A stretch of DNA of 10,677 bases, taken from positions 1 to 10,677 of the forward strand of contig JAYEOM010000099.1 in assembly GCA_034722955.1 (NCBI GenBank), in the 5' to 3' direction. The stretch comes from Campylobacterota bacterium. Its GTDB lineage: Bacteria > Campylobacterota > Campylobacteria > Campylobacterales > Sulfurovaceae. Below are positions 9,448 to 10,677 of this stretch, piece after piece (the stretch's first letter is position 1; every line of letters starts with the position of its first letter). Under the pieces are notes generated by a model. That model had not been told where the DNA came from. It searched no databases and worked only from the letters and a program-made list of their open reading frames with translations. A program made the position numbers and the translations under genes.

Positions 9448-10269
9448 ATGATAACCAAATGTTTATTTCCGGCTGCAGGATATGGAACACGATTTCTGCC
9501 TGCTACTAAAGCGATGCCAAAAGAGATGCTCCCTATATTGACTAAACCGTTGATACAGTATGGTGTAGAGGAGGCTATGGAGGCAGGGTGCAGTGTCATG
9601 GCTGTGATCACAGGTCGTGGCAAACGAGCTATAACTGACCATTTTGATATCTCTTATGAGTTGGAGCATCAGATCAAAGGCTCTTCTAAGGAGATACTTT
9701 TGAAGGAGATCCGTACTATTATCAAAAACTGTACTTTTACCTATACTCGTCAAAATGAGATGAAAGGCTTAGGGGATGCGATCTATAAAGGCAAAGTTCT
9801 TGTAGGAGATCAAGATCCTTTTGCAGTTATCCTCGCCGATGATCTATGTGTCAATCCCCAAGGTGAGGGTGTCTTAGCACAGATGATAACGCTCTACTAC
9901 AAATATAAATGCTGTATTGTAGCTATCATGGAGGTACCTCAAGATGAGGTAGACAAATATGGTGTTATCGAGGGCAATCAGATAGAGGATGGTGTCTACA
10001 TGGTCTCCAATATGGTAGAGAAGCCAGATAGAGATAAAGCCCCGTCAAATCTCGCTGTCATAGGGCGATATATCCTCACACCAGATATATTTTCTGTGAT
10101 CGAAAAGACAAAAATAGGAAAAAATGGAGAGCTTCAGATCACTGATGCACTCTGTGACCAAGCAAAAAAAGGAATGGTTATCGCTTATAAATTTAAAGGT
10201 AAGCGATTTGACTGTGGAAGTGTAGATGGTTTTGTCGAAGCTACAAATTACTTTTATGAGCAGGGTTAG
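9448..10269 (+). CDS. galU: UTP--glucose-1-phosphate uridylyltransferase
   Basis: KCLFPAAGYGTRFLPATKAMPKEMLPI..KPLIQY, RQ..MKGLG.A, LADD, MVEKP, GRYILTPDIF, GELQITDAL and RFDCGS. Confidence 0.96.
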   Translation: MITKCLFPAAGYGTRFLPATKAMPKEMLPILTKPLIQYGVEEAMEAGCSVMAVITGRGKRAITDHFDISYELEHQIKGSSKEILLKEIRTIIKNCTFTYTRQNEMKGLGDAIYKGKVLVGDQDPFAVILADDLCVNPQGEGVLAQMITLYYKYKCCIVAIMEVPQDEVDKYGVIEGNQIEDGVYMVSNMVEKPDRDKAPSNLAVIGRYILTPDIFSVIEKTKIGKNGELQITDALCDQAKKGMVIAYKFKGKRFDCGSVDGFVEATNYFYEQG

Positions 10270-10320
10270 GCTACTACAAAGATCGCCCCTACAGATAGTC
10301 TCATCGTAGGGGTACCCCTT
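10270..10320. repeat. GTAG-type REP-like inverted doublet (..CGCCCCTAC / GTAGGGG..), possible galU terminator hairpin
   Basis: CCCCTAC(A)GAT at 10286-10296 pairs with ATC-GTAGGGG at 10303-10312, immediately after the galU stop. Confidence 0.5.
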
Positions 10321-10362
10321 ATTCTCAGCTAAGGCTACCCCAAGGAGATAAACACACAAATA

Positions 10363-10485
10363 GCTTTATGAGGTTTTTCATAGACAAGGCAATCGTTTGA
10401 AGTACTAGCCTTAGCTAATTGCCCGTAGGAAATGCCCTTGGGGTACAAAAACGATTAACGAAGTATATGGGAAACCTCATAAAGC
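10363..10485. repeat. 123-bp ERIC-like imperfect palindrome (MITE-like)
   Basis: Left arm GCTTTATGAGGTTTTTCATAGACAAGGCAATCGTTTGAAGTAC. Reverse complement of the right arm is GCTTTATGAGGTTTCCCATATACTTCGTTAATCGTTTTTGTAC. The terminal match is a perfect 14 bp, with an asymmetric CAAGGC / AACGAAG internal loop. Confidence 0.8.
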
Positions 10486-10594
10486 CCGTAGGGATTATCA
10501 CAACCTGCTATTTTGGTGTGATTAGGAGGAGTAGGATATGAGTTATCATTATCAGTCGAGTAGCCCCAAAGAATCACACTTCAAGGCTCTCACA

Positions 10595-10628
10595 GAACCG
10601 TGCTTGATAGTCTCCCATCACACGGCTC
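10595..10628 (-). ncRNA. Group II intron catalytic domain V
   Basis: 34 nt with AGC catalytic triad, 9-bp lower stem GAGCCGUGU/GCACGGUUC, 2-nt AA bulge, 5-bp upper stem GAUGG/CUAUC and GAGA (GNRA) tetraloop. Confidence 0.95.
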
Positions 10629-10640
10629 CTATTGCTAAAA

Positions 10641-10677
10641 TCATTGATATTTAAGTTGCCAATGTGGAAATAGATTT
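10641..10677 (-). CDS. C-terminus of group II intron-encoded reverse transcriptase/maturase (partial)
   Basis: 10676-10641 translates to NLFPHWQLKYQ*, with the stop 12 nt before domain V. LFxHW resembles the C-terminal motif of bacterial class D (RmInt1-like) IEPs. Only 11 residues are visible. Confidence 0.65.
   Translation of the reverse strand, partial: NLFPHWQLKYQ

Larger units (their letters stand above)
10555..10677 (-). mobile_element. Group II intron, 3' end (end of IEP ORF, domain V, domain VI, 3' splice site); continues beyond the window
   Basis: Minus strand reads GAGCCGTGTGATGGGAGACTATCAAGCACGGTTC (domain V, 10628-10595), then TGTGAGAGCCTTGAAGTGTGATTCTTTGGGGCTACTCGAC (domain VI, ending in AC at 10555). 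Confidence 0.93.

Noticed and set aside
10270..10500. CRISPR array or integron attC interpretation of the repeat cluster
   Set aside because: No regularly spaced direct repeats with spacers. No RYYYAAC...GTTRRRY core pair bounding the hairpin. No cas or intI gene in the window.
10555..10628. Class C (terminator/attC-targeting) group II intron
   Set aside because: Domain V is full length with an AGC rather than CGC triad. The nearby hairpins are on the 3' exon side, not the 5' exon.
10538..10654. 38-aa + strand ORF MSYHYQSSSPKESHFKALTEPCLIVSHHTAPIAKIIDI as a real small protein
   Set aside because: All but the first five to six codons are antisense intron domains VI and V, so it is a chimeric read-through.

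Overview
AT-rich bacterial DNA. Gene order and protein sequences point to a Campylobacterota (Epsilonproteobacteria) genome, plausibly a free-living Sulfurovum/Sulfurimonas-like organism (inference). About 10.3 kb is housekeeping. On the minus strand is an operon of ispDF, an HP1021/Cj1608-type atypical response regulator, and a degenerate sulfate-adenylyltransferase-like gene that runs off the window and is missing from the ORF track. Divergent from it are thiC and mrp/apbC, followed by a convergent phosphoribosyltransferase, then lolA, an RmuC-like gene, arsC, a YjiK/SdiA-regulated-like beta-propeller and galU. The last ~400 bp carry the most interesting signal. They hold a cluster of nested palindromic repeats: a GTAG-REP-like doublet, a 123-bp ERIC-like hairpin with a 40-bp module in its loop, and a head-to-tail junction of that module's ends. 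Next comes the 3' end of a minus-strand group II intron with intact domain V, domain VI with branch A, the 3' splice site, and the C-terminus of a class D-like intron-encoded protein. The intron appears inserted antisense into the first codons of a + strand gene. Further observations are a Cys-free HP1021 orthologue, an RmuC paralogue lacking its nuclease motif, a thiC with no TPP riboswitch, and a GGGGTC...GACCCC palindrome between thiC and mrp.
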